Origin: an uncultured Bacillota bacterium
GTDB lineage: Bacteria; Bacillota; DTU025; MWDF01
Direction of reading: 5' to 3'
Assembly: GCA_963823655.1 (NCBI GenBank)
Contig: CAWGMK010000006.1
Location: forward strand, 96,001-160,000
DNA: 64,000 nucleotides
The translations under genes were made by a program, and so were the position numbers. This document shows, piece after piece, positions 10,497 to 20,130 of the stretch (the stretch's first letter is position 1; each line of letters starts with the position of its first letter). Below the pieces are notes generated by a model. That model made no database searches and had not been told where the DNA came from. It was given only the letters and a program-made list of their open reading frames with translations.

Positions 10497-11278
10497 TGAG
10501 GATTGAGATAAGTGGCATTTGCTATTCCTATGAGGGCAAGAATGCTTTGGAGAAAGTGACGGCCCAAGTGCCATCCGGCAGTTTCACCGGGATAATAGGA
10601 CCCAACGGCTCCGGCAAGAGCACATTGCTTAGGATTTTGGGATCCGTTTTACGCCCCTTTAAGGGTAAGGTCCTTTATGACGGGACGGATATTGCCTTAA
10701 TGCCGCCATTGCACAGGGCAAGGCTTGTGGGAGCGGTACTCCAGGATTCCGGCGCGCAGTTCGGCTTCACCGTAAGGGAAGTCGTTGAGATGGGCCGGTT
10801 CCCGTACAGGGGGTTGTTCGGGAAGACCGACGGTTCGGATAGCGCCGCTGTGGAAGAGGCGATGGATAAAGCCGGCGTGCTGCAGTTCTCCGAAAGGCCC
10901 GTAACAGCCCTCTCTTCTGGCGAGCGCCAGCGGGCATACATAGCAAGGGCCCTGGCGCAGCAGCCGAAGGTCCTGCTCTTGGATGAACCGACGTCCCACC
11001 TGGACATATCCTACCAGCTGGAGGTTATGCAGATGCTGAAGATGCTCTCATCCTCCGGAACAACGGTCGTAATAGTGATGCATGACTTGAACCTTGCCGG
11101 CTTGTACTGCGACAGGCTCATCGCCATGAAGGACGGGGAAGTAGTCGCGCAAGGCGGGCCCGATATGGTCCTTACCGCTAAGAACATCATGGAAATCTAC
11201 GGTGTGAAGGCGCTGGTGGAAAACCACCCCGCCACTTCAAGGCCCCTAATTATTACGATGAGCCCGAGCAAGAATTGA
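10496..11278 (+). CDS. btuD: Cobalamin ABC transporter ATPase
   Basis: GPNGSGKST, LSSGERQR and LLLDEPTSHLD. Confidence 0.85.
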   Translation: MRIEISGICYSYEGKNALEKVTAQVPSGSFTGIIGPNGSGKSTLLRILGSVLRPFKGKVLYDGTDIALMPPLHRARLVGAVLQDSGAQFGFTVREVVEMGRFPYRGLFGKTDGSDSAAVEEAMDKAGVLQFSERPVTALSSGERQRAYIARALAQQPKVLLLDEPTSHLDISYQLEVMQMLKMLSSSGTTVVIVMHDLNLAGLYCDRLIAMKDGEVVAQGGPDMVLTAKNIMEIYGVKALVENHPATSRPLIITMSPSKN

Positions 11279-11309
11279 CAAAATCCGTCTCATATCAGGA
11301 ATCGGCTTT

Positions 11310-12269
11310 TTAACTGGGGATTCCTCCTAGTATCTTCAACACCTGGCTTGGACCGACGCTTCCTCCCGATATTATGAAGCACACTTTATCTTCGCGCCTG
11401 ACCTTCAGATCCCCCTGCAAAGCAGCGCCTATACCTACGGCCGAAGAGGGTTCAGCAAGCAGCCTGCCCTCGAAAAGGAGCGCTTTCATCCCGAGTATTA
11501 TGAACTCGTCCTTTACTGCTACGAGATCGTCTACATTGCTCTGGAAAATCGGAAAGTTCTTCTCTCCGGGCTGAAGGGTCAGAAGCGCGTCCGCGATGCA
11601 AGGGCTCTCCTCTATGACCACGCGCCTTCCTGCAGCTACGCTCTTCGTATAGCGGGGCATCGCAGCAGGTTCCGCGCCTATTACTTTCACTTTCGGGTTG
11701 ATGGCCTTTACAGCTGTGGAGATGCCGCCTATGAGCCCGCCGCCGCCGATGGGCACTACGACGCAGTCCAGGTCGGGAAGGGCCGCCATGATCTCCATGC
11801 CGACTGTGCCCTGCCCTGCTATCACGTCATAATCGTCATACGGGTGGATTATCGTAAGCCCCTGCTGCTCGCTAAGCTGCTTGGCTAACACATGGCGCTC
11901 CGAGAGCTTGCACTTCACAACTTTCGCTCCCAGGGCGAGTATGCCGTCGACTTTGATTTGCGGGGCCGTATCAGGAATGACTATGGTCGCCTTGACTCCC
12001 ATCAGACGAGCCGCGAAGGCGACGCCCTTGCCGTGATTTCCGGAGGATGCCGCGACTACTCCGCCTTTGAGCTTTTCAGGGCCCATGGACAGCATCTTGT
12101 TGAGCGCGCCGCGGATCTTGAAGGAATTCGTCCTTTGCAGGCACTCCGCCTTCACATATACCGTGCAGCCCAAATGTTCATCGAGGTTTTCCATCCTGAT
12201 CAGGGGGGTCTCAAGGACGTGGGGCGCAATCCTCGCCTTTGCTTCCTGGATGTCCTTCAAAGTAACCAT
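11310..12269 (-). CDS. Threonine/serine dehydratase (PLP fold type II), no ACT domain
   Basis: SFKIRGA (PLP Lys), ASSGNHG and PIGGGGL; AGGAGG RBS before ATG 12269. Confidence 0.85.
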   Translation of the reverse strand: MVTLKDIQEAKARIAPHVLETPLIRMENLDEHLGCTVYVKAECLQRTNSFKIRGALNKMLSMGPEKLKGGVVAASSGNHGKGVAFAARLMGVKATIVIPDTAPQIKVDGILALGAKVVKCKLSERHVLAKQLSEQQGLTIIHPYDDYDVIAGQGTVGMEIMAALPDLDCVVVPIGGGGLIGGISTAVKAINPKVKVIGAEPAAMPRYTKSVAAGRRVVIEESPCIADALLTLQPGEKNFPIFQSNVDDLVAVKDEFIILGMKALLFEGRLLAEPSSAVGIGAALQGDLKVRREDKVCFIISGGSVGPSQVLKILGGIPS

Positions 12270-12493
12270 ATTGTCCTCCTGCATCGATTTTCTTAAAAGT
12301 TGGTGCATCAGGCCGACATGCTTTGAGTTAAGTCTATCCTAAAGGCCAGGATTTGTGAATTTGTGCTTTTATTTGCGCCGACCCCGCTTTTAGAGTGAGG
12401 CAGAAACTGCCCGTTTCGTTAAATGATTAGGAGGTGGAGGTGGAAGATGGGCGCCATTGAATTATAATAGACAAAAGAATACCTGTGGAGGTT

Positions 12494-13102
12494 ATGCGTT
12501 TGAAAAGCGCAAAGGGCAGGATAGAGGACGCTTGCGTCCAAGTATATACGGGCAATGGCAAGGGAAAGACAACAGCGGCCTTGGGGCTTGCACTTAGGGC
12601 TGCGGGACACGGCTACAGGGTAAGGATAATACAGTTCATGAAGGGCTCGACATATTACGGCGAGCTCTATTCGGTAGAGAAGCTTGCCCCCGAGGTGGAG
12701 ATATACCAGTTCGGAAGGGGCTGCAGGATACAAGACGCGATCAAAGAGGGCAGCTTGAAATGCGACGGCTGCATGGAATGCTTCGTGTCAAAGGGCTCCG
12801 AGACGAGGACTGACCTTGAGCTCGCTGCCGAAGCTTATGTGCTCGCGCTCAGGACGCTCAAGCATGCCGAGGCCGACATTGTGGTTCTCGATGAACTTAC
12901 GAACGCAATCTACTTCGGCCTGCTGACCGAGGATGACTGCGTGAAGCTTATTAGATCAAGGGCCAAGGGCGTGGAAGTCATAATAACAGGCAGGAACGCC
13001 CCTGAGCAGATATTAGCCGAAGCGGACCTCGTCACCGAGATGAAGATGATCAAGCACCCCTTCGAGAAGGGCATACAGGCAAGAAGGGGCATAGAATATT
13101 GA
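12494..13102 (+). CDS. cobO: Cob(I)yrinic acid a,c-diamide adenosyltransferase (CobO/BtuR/CobA type)
   Basis: VYTGNGKGKTTAALGLALRA, IQFMKG, VLDEL, TGRNAP and ADLVTEM..IKHPF..GIEY. Confidence 0.92.
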   Translation: MRLKSAKGRIEDACVQVYTGNGKGKTTAALGLALRAAGHGYRVRIIQFMKGSTYYGELYSVEKLAPEVEIYQFGRGCRIQDAIKEGSLKCDGCMECFVSKGSETRTDLELAAEAYVLALRTLKHAEADIVVLDELTNAIYFGLLTEDDCVKLIRSRAKGVEVIITGRNAPEQILAEADLVTEMKMIKHPFEKGIQARRGIEY

Positions 13103-13147
13103 TTTTGAGCGGACTTCGTTTTAGCCCGCCTAATTGGGGGAGATCGA

Positions 13148-14296
13148 ATGGGATATTACGATAAGGAGGAACAGGGCAGAAGGCCCGGTTTCCTGGGATA
13201 TTTCATAGCGTCATTGGCCGGCGTCATAGTAGGCGCGGTGCTCGTCGGAGCGCTGCTTCTGAGCCTTCCGATATTGAAGGGCAGCACAAGCACGCAAGTA
13301 GAGGGCGGCCCAACGGTTACGACCAGTTCAGGCCTTTTAACTCCGAACAGCGACTCTATCTTGAGCCCGGTCGCGGATGTAGCCGAGACGGTGGGCCCGT
13401 CTGTAGTCAAGGTGTCGACTAAGCAGCAGGAGGTAGTCTACTCTTTCTTCGCAATACCTATGGTTCAGGAGACCGAAGGGATGGGATCCGGCGTTATCAT
13501 CTCATCCGACGGGTACATAGTGACCAACGCCCATGTGGTAAGCAATGTCACCGAGGCGAAAGTCACTCTAAACGACGGCCGCGAGTTCGAAGCTAAAGTC
13601 GTCGGTTCGGACCAATACACGGACATAGCCGTGCTTAAAGTGGAAGCTACCGGGCTGCCGGCCGCCAAGCTGGCAGATTCCGATTACATCAGGGTGGGGG
13701 AGCTTGCGGTGGCGATAGGCAATCCGTATGGCTTCGACCACACGGTAAGCGCCGGCGTTATATCGGCATTGAACAGGTCTCTTGAGATGGACAACGGCAT
13801 AACAATGGCTGGGGTAATTCAGACCGATGCCCCGATCAACCCCGGCAACTCCGGAGGGGCCCTCGTTTCATCCGAAGGCCTGGTAATCGGCATCAACACA
13901 GCAATATATGAGGAGGCCCAGAACATCGGCTTCGCAATACCGATAAAAGATGCGATGGAGGCGGCCGACGAGATAATACAGTACGGCAAGGTAAGAAGGG
14001 CTTACATAGGCCTTGCTGAATACATCGACCTTAACGAGGATATAGCCGCCCGCTACGGGCTGGACAGCGAAACCGGCGTAATGGTCTACAGCGTTGACAG
14101 GACCGGGCCATTGGCCGTTGCCGGGCTCGTAAGGGGCGATATCATAGTGGAGATGAACGGCAAGGCAATCACCTCGGGCGCCGAGATAAGAGACTTCCTT
14201 GCCAAGGCCGCCATTGGCAGCAAGATGTCGATTGCCTACCTCGACAGTGCCGGCAAACAGAAGTCCGTCGAGCTAACTCTGGTGGAGATGCCGTAA
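13148..14296 (+). CDS. htrA: HtrA/DegP-like serine protease with PDZ domain
   Basis: GSGVII, TNAHVV, DIAVLK and IQTDAPINPGNSGG; N-terminal TM; C-terminal PDZ. Confidence 0.92.
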   Translation: MGYYDKEEQGRRPGFLGYFIASLAGVIVGAVLVGALLLSLPILKGSTSTQVEGGPTVTTSSGLLTPNSDSILSPVADVAETVGPSVVKVSTKQQEVVYSFFAIPMVQETEGMGSGVIISSDGYIVTNAHVVSNVTEAKVTLNDGREFEAKVVGSDQYTDIAVLKVEATGLPAAKLADSDYIRVGELAVAIGNPYGFDHTVSAGVISALNRSLEMDNGITMAGVIQTDAPINPGNSGGALVSSEGLVIGINTAIYEEAQNIGFAIPIKDAMEAADEIIQYGKVRRAYIGLAEYIDLNEDIAARYGLDSETGVMVYSVDRTGPLAVAGLVRGDIIVEMNGKAITSGAEIRDFLAKAAIGSKMSIAYLDSAGKQKSVELTLVEMP

Positions 14297-14311
14297 TACT
14301 AAGGAGGCTAA

Positions 14312-15128
14312 ATGGAGACTGGGCTCAGCTTTCGCATAATCAACTACCCTTTCATGGGCACCGATATAAATACCGAGAGGCTAATGCTCATGGCCAAGCT
14401 CTGCTATACCCCTATCGGCTCCGCGAGCATGGCGGGGATGGTATACGGAGAGGATAACGGCATATCAGATGAGGAGGCCGGCCGCTTCGTAAGGGGCCTC
14501 ATATCTTCAGGGCACATGGGGGCGCTCGAGCATTGGTACACGAGCTTCGCGGTAGAGGGCTACTCAAGGGTATCCAGCCAGCAGAACGACAGGCACAGGA
14601 TAATGAAGATGTTCAAGGACCACGGCTGCGCAGTCGGCTATTTCAGCGATCCTGAGCAGGGCTCCGCCGATACTTCCCAGTTGCAGCAATCGCAAAGATA
14701 CGTCAAGGAGCAGGACTTCAACTTCGTGGTCCCTCCCAGCATAAAGGCCAATCCGGAGGCTTATGAGAGGTTCTTGAAGCTTCAGAAGGCAGGTTCAGGC
14801 CTTCCAGGATTACGGCCTCAACGAGGCGGGCTTACCTGCCGAGGATGTGAGGTTCGCCCTGACAAACGCCACCGAGACCAGGTTCGTGATCACAACGAAC
14901 GCAAGGCAGCTCAGGCACATGTTCAACTTGAGATGCTGCGAAAGGGCACAGTGGGAGATCAGGGCGCTTTTCAAGGGCCTGCTGGCAGAATACAGGAAGA
15001 TCGCACCCAATATTTTCTGGCGTACGGGGGCCTCATGCGAGGAGCTGGGCTACTGCCCCGAAGGCAGCTTGTCCTGCGGCAAAGCGCCCACCTTGAAGAA
15101 ACTCAGGGAGATGGCGGGCATCAAATAA
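14312..15128 (+). CDS. thyX: FAD-dependent thymidylate synthase ThyX (apparent frameshift ~14787)
   Basis: GH..ALEH, SRV...RHR, QQSQRYV; after the shift EDVRFAL, NARQLRH, LRCCERAQWEIR. Confidence 0.88.
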
Positions 15129-15141
15129 ACAGAGGGCTCAC

Positions 15142-16482
15142 ATGAAAGAGAATTCGCCGCTCATCGAAACGGCCCTTTCCGGTCAGCCTGCGAAGGCCGC
15201 ACCGGAAAGCCTAAGGCGCAGGAATTTGCGCAACAATTACAAATGGGCTGTAACTGACGGCATACTAGCTTATGTCTCCAGCGGCATGGTCCCGCCTTTC
15301 ATCGCCATCATGGCCCTGTCATATGGGGCCAGCAGCATCGGCCTTTCGATGCTTAGCCTGCTGCCGTCGCTTTTCAATACCCTGCTTTTCCTGCCTTTCG
15401 CCTCCCTTGCCGAAAGAGACGGGGGAGTCAAGCGGCTTGTTTTGCTCTCGGGCTATATAACAAGGTCGGTCTTCCTTCTAATGGCGTTCATCCCCTTCAT
15501 GCCTGCGGCATACAGGACGGGCCTTCTAATCGGCCTCAACGCCATGCAGGCCATTCCGGCAGTCCTATATTTGATAGTCTGGACCGACATGATGGGAGGC
15601 TCCTTCCCTCAAAGCGAGTGGGGGGCGGTCTTTTCAAGGCGCAACGCATATGCGAACTTCGCAGCTGTCGTGGGCACCCTTTCGGCGGGTTTCCTCATAG
15701 ACTGGCTGCCCGAAGGTTGGGGCTATTTCACCATTTTCATCATATCCGGCATTACCGGCCTTCTTTCCATCTATGCCCTTCAGCAGCTGAAGGAAGTGCC
15801 CACCTTGCATAAGCCCGCAAGGAAGCTGTCGCCTTTCAAAAGGCTCGCAATTCCTTTCTCCGACAAGGTGCTTGGCCGCAAGTTCGCCTACTTCTCATTG
15901 GGCCTGTTCCTGTACAACCTCGGCATATTCCTGTCGGGCCCTGCCTTCACCATTTTCTATGTGAAGGAGTTGGGGCTTTCCAAGGGAGTGATCAGCCTTC
16001 TTGTCACGACGGGCACCCTCTTTGTGGTAATAGCCTCCCCGTTCTGGGGGAAAGTGTCGAAGAAGAGGGGCAATGCACTCGTCTTCGCATATTCCACCAT
16101 CTGGCAGGCCCTCTTCCCATACTTCTTCTACTTGTCCGGGCACGACATCTACATGATGTTCGCCTGGCAGGCGATATTGGGCTTTGGCGTTGCCGGATAC
16201 AACCTCTCCATGTTCAATCTCGGGCTGGAGTATGTGGATGAGTCAGAGAGGCCGAACGGCATTGCAGTGACCAACACGGTAATCTTCTCCGCAGCGGCGA
16301 TCGGCTCGCTCATTGCAGGCCCTCTGACCAGCAAGTTTGGCATCGGGACGGCGTTTCTGGCGTCCACTATCGTGCGCCTTACGGGCTGGGCAGTATTCCT
16401 CGCTGTTTTTGAGCCGGCGAAGTTGATGGGGAAGGTATTGGGCAGGTTCGAGTCGAAGAATACAAGCAGGAGAAAGCAGTAA
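15142..16482 (+). CDS. MFS transporter
   Basis: About 12 hydrophobic segments; WGKVSKKRG loop motif. Confidence 0.8.
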   Translation: MKENSPLIETALSGQPAKAAPESLRRRNLRNNYKWAVTDGILAYVSSGMVPPFIAIMALSYGASSIGLSMLSLLPSLFNTLLFLPFASLAERDGGVKRLVLLSGYITRSVFLLMAFIPFMPAAYRTGLLIGLNAMQAIPAVLYLIVWTDMMGGSFPQSEWGAVFSRRNAYANFAAVVGTLSAGFLIDWLPEGWGYFTIFIISGITGLLSIYALQQLKEVPTLHKPARKLSPFKRLAIPFSDKVLGRKFAYFSLGLFLYNLGIFLSGPAFTIFYVKELGLSKGVISLLVTTGTLFVVIASPFWGKVSKKRGNALVFAYSTIWQALFPYFFYLSGHDIYMMFAWQAILGFGVAGYNLSMFNLGLEYVDESERPNGIAVTNTVIFSAAAIGSLIAGPLTSKFGIGTAFLASTIVRLTGWAVFLAVFEPAKLMGKVLGRFESKNTSRRKQ

Positions 16483-16523
16483 ATTTTCCTGGACTTACGG
16501 AAGTTTGAGGAGGTGGCAAGCCC

Positions 16524-16850
16524 ATGAAGCTCATTGTGGCAATCGTAAGGGACGACACCATGAGGGCACTAAACGAGATACTGACCGATGCGGGCTACAT
16601 GTTCACTAAGGTGGCCAGCAGCGGGGGATTCCTCAAACTCGGCAATACGACGCTTCTTATGGGAGTCGATGACGAGAAGGTCGAAGAGGTCATCTCGATG
16701 ATAAAGGACTGCTGCACCACAAGACAGGAGTACATGTCGTTGGGAGTGCCGATACCGTCGCAGGGGGGATTCATACCGCCGCCCGTGAAAGTGGCGCATG
16801 GGGGCGCAACTGTGTTCGTGATGAATGTTGAGAGCTTTACAAAAGTCTAA
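16524..16850 (+). CDS. darA: Cyclic-di-AMP receptor DarA/PstA (PII-like, YaaQ)
   Basis: MKLIVAIV..D, TKVASSGGFLK.GNTTLLMG and GGATVFV. Confidence 0.9.
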   Translation: MKLIVAIVRDDTMRALNEILTDAGYMFTKVASSGGFLKLGNTTLLMGVDDEKVEEVISMIKDCCTTRQEYMSLGVPIPSQGGFIPPPVKVAHGGATVFVMNVESFTKV

Positions 16851-16871
16851 TGAAGCGAATAATGAAGCTGA

Positions 16872-16905
16872 AAAGGGCGCGGTGCTGATAAGGTACCGCG
16901 CCCTT
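16872..16905. terminator. Stem-loop / terminator
   Basis: aagggcgcggt...accgcgccctt. Confidence 0.65.
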
Positions 16906-16935
16906 AGGGTATCGAAATTAAAACAGGTTTTCTTA

Positions 16936-16964
16936 TTGTGATGCCCTTCACAAGTAAGTATACT
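16936..16964 (+). promoter_or_regulatory. sigma-A promoter overlapped by a Rex operator
   Basis: TTGTGATGCCCTTCACAA (16936-16953) has one mismatch to the Rex consensus TTGTGAA-N4-TTCACAA; -35 TTGTGA, 17-bp spacer, -10 TATACT. Confidence 0.8.
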
Positions 16965-16994
16965 TTATTGGGTATTGAAACCGGGGGAATGAGG

Positions 16995-17237
16995 ATGAAG
17001 ACAGTAAAAGTATGTGTTGGGAGCGCCTGCCATATAAAAGGCGCCCCGGAAGTGATCGAACTGTACAAGAAGCTGATAGCGGAGAACTCCCTTCAGTGCG
17101 AAGTCGTCCTGAAGGGCTGCTTCTGCCTTCAAAACTGCGCCGACGGAGTCTCTGTGGACATTGACGGCGAAATATTCGGAGGGTTAAGCATCCAAGAGGC
17201 GGAAGAGAAGTTCCGCCTTCTTCTGATGGGAGCGTGA
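16995..17237 (+). CDS. Thioredoxin-like [2Fe-2S] protein (HfsA-like)
   Basis: VCVGSACHIKG ... GCFCLQNC. Confidence 0.85.
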   Translation: MKTVKVCVGSACHIKGAPEVIELYKKLIAENSLQCEVVLKGCFCLQNCADGVSVDIDGEIFGGLSIQEAEEKFRLLLMGA

Positions 17238-17244
17238 GCGCCTT

Positions 17245-18939
17245 ATGCCGGCGATACTAACAGTACCGTCCGACTGCCGCGACTGCTATAAGTGCGTAAG
17301 GCACTGCCCTGTGAAGGCGATTAGAGTCGAAGGCAACCACACGGAGATAGACGAGCTGCTTTGCTTGACTTGCGGGGAATGCGTAAACGTCTGCCCTCAG
17401 CACGCCAAGATCGTCAGGGATGACAGGCAGGCCGTTCTGGATGCGCTCGCATCGGGCAAGAAGCTCGTGCTCTCGCTTGCCCCGTCATTCGCCTCCTCGT
17501 TTTCGAAGGAGGACGCGCCAAAGCTTATAGGCGCCGCCAAGCGCTTCGGCTTCTCATACATTTCGGAGACCTCGTCTGCGGCAGGGGCGGTGGCCATTGC
17601 GCACGCAAGATATGCAGATGAATTGGGCATCAGGCCGGTAATAGCGTCAGCATGCCCGGTGGTAGTGAACCTTGTTGAGAAGTACTATCCACACGCGGTA
17701 GGAAACCTCGCGCCTGTCGCCTCACCCATGATCGCCCACCTGAGGTGGCTGAAGGACAAGTTCGGCAAGGACTGCTTCACAGTTTTCGCAGGTCCCTGCA
17801 TCGCTAAGAAGCAGGAGGCCGAAAGGCCTGAGTACAAGGGGCTTGCAGATGCAGTGCTGACCTTCCAGGAGCTGCTGTCGGTCTTTTCCAAGCGCGGCAT
17901 AGAAGTAGGCGCATGCCTTCCTGTGAATGCAGACAACTCATCCCTTTCACACAAGGCGGCCAGGTCCTTCCCTCTTGAGGGGGGGCTCATTGACGCTGCG
18001 GGCAAAGGCGCCCTTAGGGATATCTCACTTACCGGAATCGAAGACTGCCGCGAGGCCCTGGAGCATCTGGAGGACTACTCAGATGTGAGGATACTGGAGC
18101 TTATGGCCTGCAGGGGCGGCTGCATATGCGGCTCAGCGGCGATGGAGGGGGCCGGCTGCTACAGAAGGCAGAGGCTTCTTGAGCAGTATTTGGGCATTAT
18201 GGGAGAAGCCGGCGCAGAAGATCCCTCAAGCTATGATACTTTAGCCTCTTACCAGGCCAAGGACGCGAGATGGCCCGAAGCCGACGAGGCGGAAATCGTA
18301 AAAGTGCTGGCCCTAACAGGCAAGTACAAGGCGGAGGATGAGCTCAACTGCGGGGCTTGTGGCTACTACAGCTGCAGGGAGAAGGCGAAGGCGGTAATTA
18401 GAGGTCTTGCGGAGCCTGAGATGTGCATGCCCTATATGAAGTCCAGGGCTGAGACCATGGGCAACCTGGTCGTCAACGAGACCCCCAACGGGATAATAGG
18501 GGTGAAGCCCGATTTGACTGTGGTTATGACCAATCCTGCGCTGTGCAGGCTTACCGGCTTGTCCGCCGACCAGCTTGTCGGCCGCATACTGCCTGACATC
18601 TTCGAGAGGGAGCCCTTCCTTGACGTGTTCGTCTCAAGGACGACCCTTATCAGGGAAGCGAAGGCCAACGCCGGCATACCGCGCTCCAAGGAGGCCTACT
18701 TCCATCTCCAGTCGAAGGACATGGTGGTCCTGCTCGTATCCGACCTTTCCGCAGAGCACAAGGACAAGGAGGCGCTCTCCAAAGTCAGGCGCGAGACCGC
18801 CGAGAAGGCAGGGCGCGTGATAGACAACCAGATCAGAGTCGCCCAGCAGGTGGCGGGCTTGATGGGAGAGGCGGCGGCCGAGACCAAGGTGCTGCTCTCA
18901 AAGCTTATCAAGCAGATGGAAGAGGGGTCGGATAAGTAA
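17245..18939 (+). CDS. Putative sensory [FeFe]-hydrogenase with PAS domain (HfsB/HydS, group C)
   Basis: 2x[4Fe-4S] N-terminus; P1 ASACPVV, P2 GPCIAKKQE, P3 ELMACRGGC; NCGACGY..C FeS domain; PAS-like PNGIIGV region. Confidence 0.88.
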   Translation: MPAILTVPSDCRDCYKCVRHCPVKAIRVEGNHTEIDELLCLTCGECVNVCPQHAKIVRDDRQAVLDALASGKKLVLSLAPSFASSFSKEDAPKLIGAAKRFGFSYISETSSAAGAVAIAHARYADELGIRPVIASACPVVVNLVEKYYPHAVGNLAPVASPMIAHLRWLKDKFGKDCFTVFAGPCIAKKQEAERPEYKGLADAVLTFQELLSVFSKRGIEVGACLPVNADNSSLSHKAARSFPLEGGLIDAAGKGALRDISLTGIEDCREALEHLEDYSDVRILELMACRGGCICGSAAMEGAGCYRRQRLLEQYLGIMGEAGAEDPSSYDTLASYQAKDARWPEADEAEIVKVLALTGKYKAEDELNCGACGYYSCREKAKAVIRGLAEPEMCMPYMKSRAETMGNLVVNETPNGIIGVKPDLTVVMTNPALCRLTGLSADQLVGRILPDIFEREPFLDVFVSRTTLIREAKANAGIPRSKEAYFHLQSKDMVVLLVSDLSAEHKDKEALSKVRRETAEKAGRVIDNQIRVAQQVAGLMGEAAAETKVLLSKLIKQMEEGSDK

Positions 18940-20105
18940 TGCCCGGCCTATACTTCGAGGCCTCATACTCCTCGCTTTTGAAACACGGGGAGCCCATATG
19001 CGGGGACAGGGCCGAGATAGTAAGGGCCCCGGGATCTTTGATGGCGGTGCTCTCGGACGGGCTTGGATCGGGCGTTAAGGCCTCTGTGCTGTCCACGCTT
19101 ACCACAAGGATAGCCTCCTACATGCTCAAAGAGGGCTCCAGCATAGACGAAGTCGTTGATACGGTGGGAAGGACGCTGCCAATATGCCAAGTGAGAGGCG
19201 TCGCCTATTCCACATTCTCGATAGTGCAGCTCTTCGAGGACGGCAGCGGCCACATAGTCGAGTACGACACCCCGGACGCATTCCTGTACAGGGCAGGGAC
19301 GGTTACCAAGATAGACACCGAGAAGAGGAAGGTAGCCGACAAGGAGGTCCTAGAGGGGAATTTCGAAGTCAGGGACGGCGACCACATCTTCCTGGTGACA
19401 GACGGAGTAATCCACGCGGGGCTGGGTGAAATACTGAACCTCGGCTGGCAGTGGGAGAACGTGGCGGAATACCTGAGGCGCACTGTCCCCAAGGCAAGAG
19501 GCGACAGCCTTCAGCTGGCAAGGTGGCTCACCGGCGTGTGCGACCAGTTCTATGGCGGAAAGCCGGGCGACGACACTACCGCAGTATGCATAGTGGCAAG
19601 GCAGCCCAGGTCCACAAGCGTGGCGATCGGGCCCCCCAGAAGCAAGGACCGCGACTCCGAGATGGTTAGGAAGTTCATGCAGAAGCCCGGAAGAAAGGTC
19701 ATCTGCGGAGGAGCCACCAGCAACCTTTTCGCTAGGGAGCTTGGTTGCGAAGTGGAAGTGGACCTTAACTCAGGCGGGGACGGCGTGCCGCCCATGGCCT
19801 CTATGAGGGGCATAGACCTGATAACTGAGGGGATAATAACCCTGACGAGGACCTTAGATATATTAGGCGCAGTCGACGCCGGCGAGCTGACGAAAGCCGG
19901 CATTACCGGAAGGGATGCGGCGTCGGTGCTGGCCAAGACATTGATGGAATCCGACAAGCTTGACTTCTTCATCGGGAGGGCGGAAAACGTCGCCCACACG
20001 GACGGTGCGTCGCTCGTGGACTACCGCTTCAAAGGGCAGGCGGTCGATGCGGTCGTCAGGATGATGAGGGCTTTGAACAAAGATGTAAGCGTTACATATT
20101 ATTGA
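18939..20105 (+). CDS. SpoIIE/PP2C-family Ser/Thr phosphatase (HfsC-like)
   Basis: ICGD, LSDGLGSGVKA, TDGVIHAG and GDDTT. Confidence 0.88.
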   Translation: MPGLYFEASYSSLLKHGEPICGDRAEIVRAPGSLMAVLSDGLGSGVKASVLSTLTTRIASYMLKEGSSIDEVVDTVGRTLPICQVRGVAYSTFSIVQLFEDGSGHIVEYDTPDAFLYRAGTVTKIDTEKRKVADKEVLEGNFEVRDGDHIFLVTDGVIHAGLGEILNLGWQWENVAEYLRRTVPKARGDSLQLARWLTGVCDQFYGGKPGDDTTAVCIVARQPRSTSVAIGPPRSKDRDSEMVRKFMQKPGRKVICGGATSNLFARELGCEVEVDLNSGGDGVPPMASMRGIDLITEGIITLTRTLDILGAVDAGELTKAGITGRDAASVLAKTLMESDKLDFFIGRAENVAHTDGASLVDYRFKGQAVDAVVRMMRALNKDVSVTYY

Positions 20106-20130
20106 CCCTACCAAGGAGGTATGTCTCAAA

